From positions 16,983-80,982 of the forward strand of contig CP011209.1 in assembly GCA_001029635.1 (NCBI GenBank): 64,000 nucleotides of DNA. Direction: 5' to 3'. Position 1 is the stretch's first letter, and each line of letters starts with the position of its first letter. The DNA comes from Candidatus Wolfebacteria bacterium GW2011_GWB1_47_1. GTDB lineage: Bacteria; Patescibacteriota; Minisyncoccia; UBA6257; UBA9933. The position numbers were made by a program, and so were the translations under genes. Positions 36,346 through 45,319 of this stretch are shown here, one piece after another. The notes beneath the pieces were generated by a model. The model had not been told where the DNA came from. It made no database searches and saw only the letters and a program-made list of their open reading frames with translations.

Positions 36346-36462
36346 TTAACCCTGTCGCTGTTTATGCTTAGGATTTTTCTTGCAGATGATAAATACGCGG
36401 CCTTGTCGGCGTACGGATTTACAATCCTTACAAATTTTTTTAACTGAAGCTCGAACCTTCAT
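36346..36462 (-). CDS. rpmJ: 50S ribosomal protein L36
   Basis: 38 aa, [38 protein letters not shown]. The track ORF is extended 5' by read-through of the leader repeat. Confidence 0.9.
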   Translation of the reverse strand: MKVRASVKKICKDCKSVRRQGRVFIICKKNPKHKQRQG

Positions 36463-36570
36463 AATAAATGACTTAGAACTTTTAACTTTTGACTTTTGAC
36501 GGGTTGCGGGGAATTCTCCCCATAGTCCGCCTTCCGTCATTAGTTATCGGTCAATAGTTTATAGTTTATT
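36463..36570 (-). repeat. alpha-operon leader element, copy 2 (upstream of rpmJ)
   Basis: Homologous to 35370-35473. The hairpin here is GGGGA-ATTC-TCCCC, a compensatory variant of AGGG-ATAA-CCCT. Confidence 0.7.
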
Positions 36571-36810
36571 TTACATTCTCCTCACAATCCTTCCCCGCGC
36601 ACCATCTGGACTCAATTCAAGTGTGACCGTATCACCGGGCAGTATCTTGATGTAGTGCATCCGCATCTTACCTGACAAATATGCAAGAATCTCTTCGCCA
36701 TTCTCAAGCTTCACTCGAAATGTCGTTGCCGGCAGCGATTCAACAACAATACCTCGTGCGAGTGGCTTACCTTGATCTTTTATTTGCCTCGGTTGTCTCC
36801 TTGGTCGCAT
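36571..36810 (-). CDS. infA: translation initiation factor IF-1
   Basis: 79 aa. [59 protein letters not shown] matches IF-1. N-terminal extension [13 protein letters not shown]. Confidence 0.9.
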   Translation of the reverse strand: MRPRRQPRQIKDQGKPLARGIVVESLPATTFRVKLENGEEILAYLSGKMRMHYIKILPGDTVTLELSPDGARGRIVRRM

Positions 36811-37043
36811 GTAGGTTAGATAGTAGACTAAAATAGGTGAACAGTCAAGCCATGCACTACCAAACTTGCAAGTTTGGTGTGTAGGTAAAAGTAAATCACC
36901 GCGTTTGCGGCTTTTTCATGATTTGTTCACTTCGTGTGCAGCATTCCCGGCGGTATGCATATATAGTACACTGTTTCTCTATAAAAACAAGGCCGCTGCG
37001 CGCGTCCACGGTTAATAGTTCACGGGTCATAGAAATTCCGCAT

Positions 37044-37149
37044 TGTCATTCCGAGCGGAGCGGTACTCCGCGTAGTCGAGGAATCTGCAGTCTATACACT
37101 TCCCTGCTACAGATCCTTCGACCCCACTCCGTTGCGCTCAGGATGACAA
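37044..37149. repeat. TGTCAT-terminated inverted-repeat element (copy E), MITE-like
   Basis: ~106 bp with 14 bp terminal inverted repeats TGTCATTCCGAGCG / CGCTCAGGATGACA (2 mismatches) and an internal GCGGAG-CGGTAC-TCCGC hairpin. It lies in the 490 bp gap upstream of infA. Confidence 0.6.
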
Positions 37150-37274
37150 TACAGGCGCTTTTCATTCCCAAACACAGGCTCCCATATCGTGATACGTGTC
37201 CGTCATCTGGCGAATCCGAAGGGAATCCACTTCATTTTTTCGTCTTACGATGACGGAAAATTGAAGACACCTAT

Positions 37275-37301
37275 AAAAATCCGCCAAAATGGCGGATTTT
37301 T
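37275..37301. terminator. bidirectional terminator
   Basis: AAAAATCCGCC-AAAAT-GGCGGATTTTT downstream of gene 37304..37597. Confidence 0.8.
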
Positions 37302-37303
37302 GT

Positions 37304-37597
37304 TTACATTCCCGTACCGTAACTATCCGGCTTATTTTTACTCATTTTATGCGGGTCCCTATTTTCGATACTTATGATATCTTCGGCGTTTATCTTAAAA
37401 TCGGCGCCCCTATCTAAGGTTATTTCCGAACCAACCATTCGCTTAAACTCTCCGGCGATTGTTTCGGCGGCTCCCTCTTTTTTAAAATACACATGGACCA
37501 TATCGCCCAGAGCAATATCCTGCTTTTTAATCTCATTGGCTATCCGCTCAACTTTTTCATCCACCTGCTCCTCCGTCCTCCTCGGCAATCCTTCCAT
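37304..37597 (-). CDS. hypothetical protein
   Basis: 97 aa ORF with a terminator downstream. No recognisable motif. Confidence 0.5.
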   Translation of the reverse strand: MEGLPRRTEEQVDEKVERIANEIKKQDIALGDMVHVYFKKEGAAETIAGEFKRMVGSEITLDRGADFKINAEDIISIENRDPHKMSKNKPDSYGTGM

Positions 37598-37620
37598 ATT
37601 TTATTTGGGTTTAATTTTTG

Positions 37621-37658
37621 CTGGATTCCGTCCGTTCCCTAGCAGTCCGGAATGACGG
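37621..37658 (+). repeat. CTGGATTCCG..CGGAATGAC hairpin repeat (copy F)
   Basis: CTGGATTCCG-TCCGTTCCCTAGCAGTC-CGGAATGACGG. Same flanks as copy D, with a 17 nt loop insertion. Confidence 0.6.
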
Positions 37659-37711
37659 ATTATTTAGGCTCGACAGCCATTTTATTCCCCTTATTTTACC
37701 CCCCCCCGAAT

Positions 37712-37746
37712 CAAAACAGTCAACCCTCTAGTGGTTGACTGTTTTG
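37712..37746. promoter_or_regulatory. 14 bp perfect palindrome (possible operator or terminator)
   Basis: CAAAACAGTCAACC-CTCTAGTG-GGTTGACTGTTTTG, immediately upstream of an orphan promoter. Confidence 0.5.
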
Positions 37747-37753
37747 ATTGCTC

Positions 37754-37857
37754 TTGACACGCGCAAACGCACTGCTATACTTTCTTTATAAGAAATAAAT
37801 CCTCTCGCGTTGGGATACCGTAAGGCGTCTCGTTAAAGCGAGGGGTTTTCTTTTTTA
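37754..37857 (+). ncRNA. candidate small RNA: near-consensus sigma70-like promoter firing into a hairpin terminator with no ORF
   Basis: TTGACA-N16-TATACT at 37754-37781, then a ~70 nt transcript ending in CCTCTCGCG...GCGAGGGG followed by TTTTCTTTTTTAT. No start codon or ORF in between. It converges on the stop of the DUF3800 gene. Confidence 0.4.
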
Positions 37858-38484
37858 TCAGGGGAATAACTGGTTCTCTTCGACAATGACGTCTTTTATT
37901 AGCTCATAATATCCGCGATCCTCCTGCTCATATTTTCTAAAGATCGCCCACGAAACAAAGTCTACGGCCTGCAAACATTTTTCCGTATGAGACGGCTTGA
38001 TCTGTATGTTGACCCCGTCTCTCCTTCGCTTGATGAAACTTTCTTGCAAATATTTTTCAAAATTATCGCGCAGCGCTCGTTTCGTGTCCTTTTGGTCGAT
38101 ATAGAGATGGATCGGTTCGGTTATGCCTATTAGGCCATTATTATGCAGCCTGTCTAATAAAATATTGGCAGTATAATTGTACAGATAATTTTTCTGACCC
38201 CGAAGATCCACATACACCTTATCCTTATTCAAAACGATACACAGCACTTTCAGGTCTTCTTTAGCCAACAACTTCAAAACTTTTTTTCTAGTAGCTTCAT
38301 CCGCATGATACGCGTGCAATTCACTGACTCTCTTATATTTCTTACTTAAACCTCTATGCACTTTCTTGATAACCTTTTCTATTCGACGATGATCTTCGGT
38401 CAAAACGATCGTAAAGATAAACCATTTACTAGACCCCTTCTTGAATCCCAAATCTCCGCTTTCATCCAAAAATATGTGCGCCAT
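37858..38484 (-). CDS. DUF3800 family protein
   Basis: 208 aa. The N-terminus MAHIFLDESGDLGF matches the DUF3800 signature. Confidence 0.7.
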   Translation of the reverse strand: MAHIFLDESGDLGFKKGSSKWFIFTIVLTEDHRRIEKVIKKVHRGLSKKYKRVSELHAYHADEATRKKVLKLLAKEDLKVLCIVLNKDKVYVDLRGQKNYLYNYTANILLDRLHNNGLIGITEPIHLYIDQKDTKRALRDNFEKYLQESFIKRRRDGVNIQIKPSHTEKCLQAVDFVSWAIFRKYEQEDRGYYELIKDVIVEENQLFP

Positions 38485-38656
38485 CCCGTAATTTTACCAA
38501 ATTCTTATCCGCTTATAAAATAACCCCCGGCCTCCGCGCTCCGCGTGCCACCACTAAAGCTTCAGCGACACGCGGCTAGCCATAGCCCTTGGTGATGTGC
38601 GACCGGGGGGGGTGATAAATAAAAAAATCCATTCACCAGCTGGCGGCACTCAAATA

Positions 38657-38687
38657 AAACAGCCCATCTCTGTGAATGGGCTGTTTT
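38657..38687. terminator. bidirectional terminator
   Basis: AAACAGCCCAT-CTCTGTGA-ATGGGCTGTTT downstream of gene 38722..40521. Confidence 0.75.
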
Positions 38688-38721
38688 ATTTATCTGACCT
38701 CTTATCTCTTACTACTTGCCT

Positions 38722-40521
38722 CTATTTGAGCTCCACTTTTACACGATCCGGATCGCTCGGCACTCGCTTTACCCAAATAGGCCAAAGGGAAACATCCGCC
38801 TTTTCGATGTTTGATGAGCTAAAGATATAGGATTTCAACTCATTTTCATCCTTTCCAAAGGCATTTTTTTTGAATTCTTCGACATTGATCGGCTTCCAAA
38901 AGACTCCTTTGAAGTCAATTGGCAGCGATATCATCCCCGTCTTCTCGTCCACGGTTATGTCCCCGTAGGAAAGCGTGTGTTCACGTATCACATACCCATC
39001 TCCATTAACCTGCCGAGCTAATGCGGTCATCAGCTTTAATACATGTTCTTCCTTGAGTGTATCAACCCCTCCCTCTGCTTCTATATATATCGAGAAATTC
39101 CCTTGCTCGTCGACTGATTCGTTCACCGTTTCCTTGCTAATCGAAAACCGTCGGCTACTTTCTATCACTTTAAACCCTTCAGGCACTACCTGCGTTGCCA
39201 AGAATGATTCGATTACTTCCTTCATTTGTTTCCGGGCATCTTCCTTTGCGGTCGCTATGTCTTTTTCCGTTGGATATTTCCCTTCTCCGACAAATCCCCC
39301 TGTCATCGGATTCTTTGATTCGGCATAAAACTTTTCGAATTTTTCCGACCCTGCGAATCCCGGAATGGTGAATTTATTCACCGGGCTTATGTTATACGAC
39401 TCTCCCGCCTTGTCGGCAACCACTTCTGCTTCGATACTAGCCGGAACCAACTCTCCTCCGTCTGTCTTGGCGCCCGGCACGACGATCCGCTCCTTAAGTC
39501 TAAAGATTTTACCATCGGGAGTTTCGAACCGGGTGCCTGCAATGAGCGGCTGAGAGCTACTGTTATATTCGTTGTATACGGTTATCTTACCCGTTGCCTT
39601 ACGTTCGATACTTTTCCCCGACCCTGTCGCCGGATAGTGGAATGCATTTGTCTTCTTCTCGGAAAATACCGCAACCGGTATCTGCTTCGCCGTCGGATCG
39701 ATATCCGCGATCTTCGTACTTGCCCCGATCACATTTGCATATGAATCAGATGCGGGCCAGGTGACCGTCTTAGGCACTAGCACTATTTCAGCGCGTGGCA
39801 ACACTACCACAACGAGGTACGCCCCAAGCCCTAGTAATATGGACACTACGCTCCATGTGAATATTCCTCCTTTCTTTACCTTTATAATTTCTTTTTTCTG
39901 AGAACGCTCCCTTTTTTCGATCCGCTCCAGTACTCGCTTCTCCTCGCGGGTCGGCTTTTCCTTTGGTATGTATGCGATCGGCCGGTCCATTTCCAATGAC
40001 GACACCTCGGGTATAGTCATTGGTCGCTCTTCCATTTTTACTTCCTGCGTCGGTCGATACGCCGTTTGCGGCAATGCGTCCAGACGTGGCTCCCTTTCAT
40101 ACATCGCAGATCGTTCTTGTGCTTGGGTTTCGATCACTCGGGGTGTTTCTTCCTTTACTACTGGCACATACCCTCTTTCCTCTTCCTGTCGCTGGGCACG
40201 CACATCCAGCTCGACTCGCTCCCGTACGGCTGCCGTTTTCATATCTCGCAGTATCGCCTCCCGCGCGACCTGCTGCGGAGAGGTCGCGTGCAAGGGTGTC
40301 GTTTCAACAACAACACTCTTTCGCATATCCTCTTTTGGAGCACTTACGATTTCTTCCCGATGCAGTTCCGGCTTTTTTTCTATCGTAAATTTCACCTGCT
40401 CCTCCTTCGCCTTCCATGATGTAGGTGCGGCCGCTGTCGGCTTTTTACGCACAATGTCCATCATTCTTATTTTTTTCATCGGTGTTTTATCCATGAGGTC
40501 GATATACTCCTTATACTTCAT
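38722..40521 (-). CDS. hypothetical membrane-anchored protein with a disordered charged N-terminal region
   Basis: 599 aa. ~210 aa E/R/K-rich N-terminus, one TM helix (IFTWSVVSILLGLGAYLVVVVL), then a ~370 aa extracytoplasmic domain. Confidence 0.6.
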   Translation of the reverse strand: MKYKEYIDLMDKTPMKKIRMMDIVRKKPTAAAPTSWKAKEEQVKFTIEKKPELHREEIVSAPKEDMRKSVVVETTPLHATSPQQVAREAILRDMKTAAVRERVELDVRAQRQEEERGYVPVVKEETPRVIETQAQERSAMYEREPRLDALPQTAYRPTQEVKMEERPMTIPEVSSLEMDRPIAYIPKEKPTREEKRVLERIEKRERSQKKEIIKVKKGGIFTWSVVSILLGLGAYLVVVVLPRAEIVLVPKTVTWPASDSYANVIGASTKIADIDPTAKQIPVAVFSEKKTNAFHYPATGSGKSIERKATGKITVYNEYNSSSQPLIAGTRFETPDGKIFRLKERIVVPGAKTDGGELVPASIEAEVVADKAGESYNISPVNKFTIPGFAGSEKFEKFYAESKNPMTGGFVGEGKYPTEKDIATAKEDARKQMKEVIESFLATQVVPEGFKVIESSRRFSISKETVNESVDEQGNFSIYIEAEGGVDTLKEEHVLKLMTALARQVNGDGYVIREHTLSYGDITVDEKTGMISLPIDFKGVFWKPINVEEFKKNAFGKDENELKSYIFSSSNIEKADVSLWPIWVKRVPSDPDRVKVELK

Positions 40522-40603
40522 TTATCATAGCAAATTCTACATGAAATAAAAAATTTATATTTTTCGAATTCCTCCTGTCTGTCATTCTGCTTCGACAGAC
40601 CTT

Positions 40604-42181
40604 TTGTTTTCTATTACAATACAACATATGCAAACACGCAGAACCGTAATTCTTGTCATTATCGACGGGTGGGGTGTCGGACGATCCGATTTTTCCAATC
40701 CCATCCATACCGTCAATCCGCAAACGTTCGATTTTTTAAAGCATAACTTCCCCAATGGCACGCTCCAGGCATCGGGCATCTCAGTCGGTCTTCCCTGGGG
40801 AGAAGAGGGCAATAGCGAAGTCGGACATATGAACATGGGTGCCGGGAAAGTTGTCTACCAAAACTATCCAAAGATTACGCTTGCCCTTCGTAACGGCACG
40901 TTTTATACCAACGCCGTACTTAAAGAGTCGTTCGACCATGCCATCGCGAATAATTCATCCGTAAATATCATTGGACTCCTTGGTGAAGCGAATGTCCATG
41001 CGTCTTTTGAGCATCTTGATGCTCTCTTACGATATGCTGATCAGATCGCATTTCCTTCCGATCGCATCAATCTCCACCTTATCTCCGATGGTCGCGATAG
41101 CGACCCTCATTCCGTAATGAAGCTTATCGGTCGACTCCCCCATGTTGAACAACTTGCCAGCATTGGCGGTCGCTACTACGGCATGGATCGTGATAAACAC
41201 TGGGACCGAATCAAACCGGCCTACGACGTCATGACCGGCACATCCCCTTTGACGACTGATCTTTCATCATATGTCCAGCAATTTTATGACAAGAATCTCA
41301 ATGATGAATATATCGCGCCAACGCTAGTCGGAGCGACGGCACGCCCCATTCAAGACAATGACTCTGTCATCTTTTTCAATTTCCGTGAAGATCGCATGAA
41401 GCAAATTGTACGTTCTTTCACCGACCCCACCTTCAAGGAATTCCCCACAAAACAGTTTGCCAATATCCTATTCAGTTCCTTCATCGAATACGACCCGTCA
41501 TTCGCCATCCCCGTCATATTCCCTCCTGAAGAACTTGGTAATCCACTCGGCAAGGTTCTTGCTGATAATCACAGAACACAATGGCGTATTGCTGAAACGG
41601 AGAAGTACGCGCATATCACCTATTTCTTCAATGGGCTTCGAGAAAAACCATTTGACGCAGAATATCGTGTTCTCATTCCTTCAAAAAAAGAGTTCAACTA
41701 TGCCGAGCATCCCGAGATGCAGGCAGCCGAAGTGACGTCTCGTCTTGTGGAAGCGATTGAGGAAAAGGCATACGACTTCATCTTATGCAATTATGCCAAC
41801 GCTGACATCATCGCCCATACCGGTAATATGCAAGCATCTATTGAAGCAGTAAAAATCATTGATGCGTCCATCGACAAGGTGGTCAAAGCAGCACTCGACA
41901 CCGATTCGATTCTCATCATCACAGCAGATCATGGCAATGTGGAGCGTCTTGCTAACCCAATGACCGGCGAACCGGAAACAAAACATGATGCCAACCCCGT
42001 TCCGATCTATCTTGTCGCCAATGAATATAAGCGACCCCGGAGCGAAGAGGAGGTCAAATCATCTGAGCAATCCTCTATCGGTGTACTGGCGGATATCGCG
42101 CCCACTATCCTCGATCTCATGCATCTACCCAGACCCGAAGAGATGACGGCGCAAAGTTTGATCGATCTAATGGCAGACTAA
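40604..42181 (+). CDS. gpmI: 2,3-bisphosphoglycerate-independent phosphoglycerate mutase
   Basis: 525 aa with iPGM motifs (VILVIIDGWG, SEVGHMNMGAG, ITADHGN). Confidence 0.95.
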   Translation: MFSITIQHMQTRRTVILVIIDGWGVGRSDFSNPIHTVNPQTFDFLKHNFPNGTLQASGISVGLPWGEEGNSEVGHMNMGAGKVVYQNYPKITLALRNGTFYTNAVLKESFDHAIANNSSVNIIGLLGEANVHASFEHLDALLRYADQIAFPSDRINLHLISDGRDSDPHSVMKLIGRLPHVEQLASIGGRYYGMDRDKHWDRIKPAYDVMTGTSPLTTDLSSYVQQFYDKNLNDEYIAPTLVGATARPIQDNDSVIFFNFREDRMKQIVRSFTDPTFKEFPTKQFANILFSSFIEYDPSFAIPVIFPPEELGNPLGKVLADNHRTQWRIAETEKYAHITYFFNGLREKPFDAEYRVLIPSKKEFNYAEHPEMQAAEVTSRLVEAIEEKAYDFILCNYANADIIAHTGNMQASIEAVKIIDASIDKVVKAALDTDSILIITADHGNVERLANPMTGEPETKHDANPVPIYLVANEYKRPRSEEEVKSSEQSSIGVLADIAPTILDLMHLPRPEEMTAQSLIDLMAD

Positions 42182-42212
42182 AAAACCACCCGCGATGCGG
42201 GTGGTTTTTTAG
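42182..42212 (+). terminator. terminator after gpmI
   Basis: AAAAACCACCCGC-GAT-GCGGGTGGTTTTTT. Confidence 0.85.
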
Positions 42213-42273
42213 TCCTCCATAGAAATGATGTCTAACCCTAATTCTTTCAATTCTTCATCACACGTATTATTTT

Positions 42274-45255
42274 TTACTTCCACTCATCTACTTTGTAGAC
42301 ATATGTCTCTGTGTCTATGTCCGTATGGCTAATAGTCAGAATATCGTATCCGGTAGTATTTCGTATCAGTGCATAATACGCCCCAGACCCAGGCCAATAC
42401 CCTTCACGCACCTGTCCGGTCGTAGAAGAGTATACGGAGACTCGGTAAAACCTGTGGCTTTTCGAAGCAGCTTGAATATTAGCTATACCAGATACTTCCG
42501 ACCCACTATTTAAGGTGATAGATGATTCGGCAATAGTTACCCAAGTTTTACCCCCCAAGTTAGCAGCGGTTGTCTGTGTTGTCCCATCAGGGAATGTGAA
42601 TCCTCCACTCGAAGACCGAATCTGTCCCGCGACATCCAATTTATAGGACGGACTTGTATTCCCTATACCAACATTACCCGAGAAATACGTATTACCACTC
42701 GTTCCTCCCGAAATAGTCAGATATGCCGCATTATCGTTATGAATTCCTCCTCGTGCTTGAAGCGCTGCTGCCATATATACCGTCCCGCTGTTAAAGTAGG
42801 CGCCTCCCGGAGCAATAAAGTAGGAGGATGCGCTTATCGTCGGGTTTGCCACGTTGAAGGTAAGATTTCCTCCCAAGGTAATTGCCCCTGTATTGTATTG
42901 ATTTCCGCTATTATCCCAATACGACTGCCAGCTACCCGCTCCAGTAAGAAATCCAATTACATTGGAATTGGCGTGAATGGACTTTGCTCCCGACGTTGAT
43001 TCATCGTCGCGGAGATAGATGCGCGTCGACGCTAAAGGTCCAAATATGACATCCCCAACCACATCCAACTTCGCTCCTGGAGCTGATGTACCGATGCCGA
43101 CGTTGCCGGCGTTGTAATACGCAACTGTGCCACTTAATGAGAATGGCGACGCACCAGCAGGGCCGGTTGCTCCGGTAGGTCCTGCGGGGCCGGTCAAACC
43201 CGTCGCACCGGTAGCGCCCGTTGCACCAGTCGCGCCTGCGGGGCCGGCCGGCCAGCTCGCATAGCATGTTCCGCTAATACATAATGAAGATCCGTTAATC
43301 GAACCGTTTACATCAAGCTTGTATCCTGGAGTGGTCTTGCCGATACCGACGTTGCCGCCGTTAAAAAGAACACTTCCCGAGTTTGGAATATTGTTTGTTG
43401 CTGACGTATTGACGGATCCAATGACTGTTCCCCCTGCTCCACCGCAGGTGCCTGAAGCATTCCCTGTACAGATCGACCCGTATGAATAGATAGACGAACC
43501 CGCATTAAAGGTTGGTGCATTCACGCTTGCCCAATTCGAGCTTGATCCGCCATTGGCAACAATATTCCCGGCAGTCCAGATGCCGGTACCCAAGGCGGTC
43601 TGTGTAACGCCATTATTCATGACAAGGAGCTGATGATTGAGTCCCGCCTTTGATTGCGGGTTATTCCCAACCGAACCATAGTCGGGGTTGTATGACCAGC
43701 CAAGACCATACAATGTTCCATAGTTTGTCGTTCCACCTCCCGCAGGCAAAACATATGCGGGACCCATGGACCAAACTGCTTGCGTTTTGGTTGGATCGTA
43801 TGTGCCGATCGTACCGAGCCCTACATTACTAAAGGTTAGGTTACCACTCATTGTATCGCCCGTTTTGAGCACTTTAGTGTCATCGGCACTACTTGGCCAC
43901 GCAGTCTTATTAACGCCCCCCAGCGTAAGACCTCCCGTGCCGACGGTGATCGCAGGGCCTCCGCCTGCATTATTGAAATAGCCGGCAGGGCTTGTTGCGC
44001 TGTTGTTTTCTGCCTTGACGCCGCCACCGAACGTGGTGAGGCGATAGCTTACGTCGGGATTTGCCGTACCAATCCCAACATTGCCGGAAGTATTCGCAGT
44101 CAATAAATCTCCCGCAGAGGCATTCCACAAGCGAAATGTTACACCACTGGCATACCAAAGCCATGAAGATGAATCGTTCTTGAATCCGATCGCGGGGTAG
44201 TTATTCTTGAAGATACCGATACCTTGCGTTCCCGCCATTTGGGAAGTTGGATCTGTCGTACCGATACCGATATTGCCGCCATTCAAATAAGAGACGCCAC
44301 TCTGCGCCAAATGATACGCATTGGAATAGTTGGTCAATGCGCCATCTATGGCTGTTGTTTTATTCAAATAGAATGAGGGTCGATCGGTCTGGAAATGCGC
44401 ATAGCCTGCGTTCATCGCGCCAATATCAAGCACTCCGCTTCCGCTGTCGATGCGCAATGCGCCAGCCTGATCGCCTCGCACTGATCCGTTCACATGCAGC
44501 TTTACGGCAGGCGCGGATGTGCCGATGCCGACATTGCCCGTAACATACAGATTATTCGCAACACGTACGTGGTTGTCGCCATTGCCTACGGAAAGGATCT
44601 CCGTTGCGCCAGCGCGAGATGGATGGTCGTTATAAAAACGGGTTCCGCCATAGCTATAATATCCACCGATTTTAACACCGGTATGATAGCCAAAGATCAG
44701 ATCAGGATACGGGAACGCCCACGCGCCTCCCTCCTGATAGCCGAACTGATAGGCACGGTCGCCGGTGAGACCCGAATCAAATCCAACCCCGTTCGGGGTC
44801 ATAGTCCCACTCAGGGTTAGGTTACGCAATGCGGTAATATCATTGCCTGACATATTCAAGGCAGCGGTTGCGGTATGGTTGCCGAGATTGTCTCCACTCC
44901 CCCATGTTGTGCGATTCACACCTCCCAACGTAAGACCTCCCGTGCCGACGGTAATGGCAGGGCCTCCGCCTGCATTATTGAAATAGCCGGCAGGCTGGGT
45001 TGCGCTGTTGTTTTCTGCCTTAATACCGCCACCGCTGGTGGTGAGGCGATAGCTTGCATCAGGCGTTGCGGTGCCGATGCCGACATTGCCACCGGATACA
45101 TTTATCGCGTTAATACTGAGTGGCGGATTACTGGACGGGTTTGTCCAGGCAAATCCTTGTTGCGCAAATACAACGAGTCCGAAAGCAAAAATACTGCCGG
45201 TAATGAGCAATAAAAATTTATAGGGAGAAATCTTCATTACTAATAAGTATATCAT
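42274..45255 (-). CDS. large secreted repetitive surface protein with a collagen-like (G-A/P-T)n segment and tail-fibre-like Gly/Asn/Thr-rich repeats
   Basis: 993 aa. Signal peptide (LLLITGSIFAFGLVVFAQQ). The motif GNVGIGT.SP..KL.V.G recurs at least five times. The 39 aa block AENNSATxPAGYFNNAGGGPAITVGTGGLTLGGVN appears twice. Collagen-like run GPAGATGATGATGATGLTGPAGPTGATGPAG. Confidence 0.8.
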   Translation of the reverse strand: MIYLLVMKISPYKFLLLITGSIFAFGLVVFAQQGFAWTNPSSNPPLSINAINVSGGNVGIGTATPDASYRLTTSGGGIKAENNSATQPAGYFNNAGGGPAITVGTGGLTLGGVNRTTWGSGDNLGNHTATAALNMSGNDITALRNLTLSGTMTPNGVGFDSGLTGDRAYQFGYQEGGAWAFPYPDLIFGYHTGVKIGGYYSYGGTRFYNDHPSRAGATEILSVGNGDNHVRVANNLYVTGNVGIGTSAPAVKLHVNGSVRGDQAGALRIDSGSGVLDIGAMNAGYAHFQTDRPSFYLNKTTAIDGALTNYSNAYHLAQSGVSYLNGGNIGIGTTDPTSQMAGTQGIGIFKNNYPAIGFKNDSSSWLWYASGVTFRLWNASAGDLLTANTSGNVGIGTANPDVSYRLTTFGGGVKAENNSATSPAGYFNNAGGGPAITVGTGGLTLGGVNKTAWPSSADDTKVLKTGDTMSGNLTFSNVGLGTIGTYDPTKTQAVWSMGPAYVLPAGGGTTNYGTLYGLGWSYNPDYGSVGNNPQSKAGLNHQLLVMNNGVTQTALGTGIWTAGNIVANGGSSSNWASVNAPTFNAGSSIYSYGSICTGNASGTCGGAGGTVIGSVNTSATNNIPNSGSVLFNGGNVGIGKTTPGYKLDVNGSINGSSLCISGTCYASWPAGPAGATGATGATGATGLTGPAGPTGATGPAGASPFSLSGTVAYYNAGNVGIGTSAPGAKLDVVGDVIFGPLASTRIYLRDDESTSGAKSIHANSNVIGFLTGAGSWQSYWDNSGNQYNTGAITLGGNLTFNVANPTISASSYFIAPGGAYFNSGTVYMAAALQARGGIHNDNAAYLTISGGTSGNTYFSGNVGIGNTSPSYKLDVAGQIRSSSGGFTFPDGTTQTTAANLGGKTWVTIAESSITLNSGSEVSGIANIQAASKSHRFYRVSVYSSTTGQVREGYWPGSGAYYALIRNTTGYDILTISHTDIDTETYVYKVDEWK
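43150..43255 (-). repeat. in-frame collagen-like GXT/GXA triplet repeat (GC-rich microsatellite-like tract)
   Basis: GGn-CCn/GCn-ACn codon reiteration encoding (G-A-T)/(G-P-A) triplets. Confidence 0.7.
43913..44090 (-). repeat. intragenic ~180 bp direct repeat, copy 1
   Basis: Near-identical to 44925-45103. Both encode ...TPPxVRPPVPTV(I/M)AGPPPALLK on the antisense frame, which is why the track shows two spurious plus-strand ORFs. Confidence 0.75.
44925..45103 (-). repeat. intragenic ~180 bp direct repeat, copy 2
   Basis: See copy 1. The repeats are ~1 kb apart within the same gene. Confidence 0.75.
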
Positions 45256-45319
45256 AAAAACAAATACACACTATGCCATACGCTAAAAAAATCGACCGAA
45301 GCCGATTTTTATCAAATAC

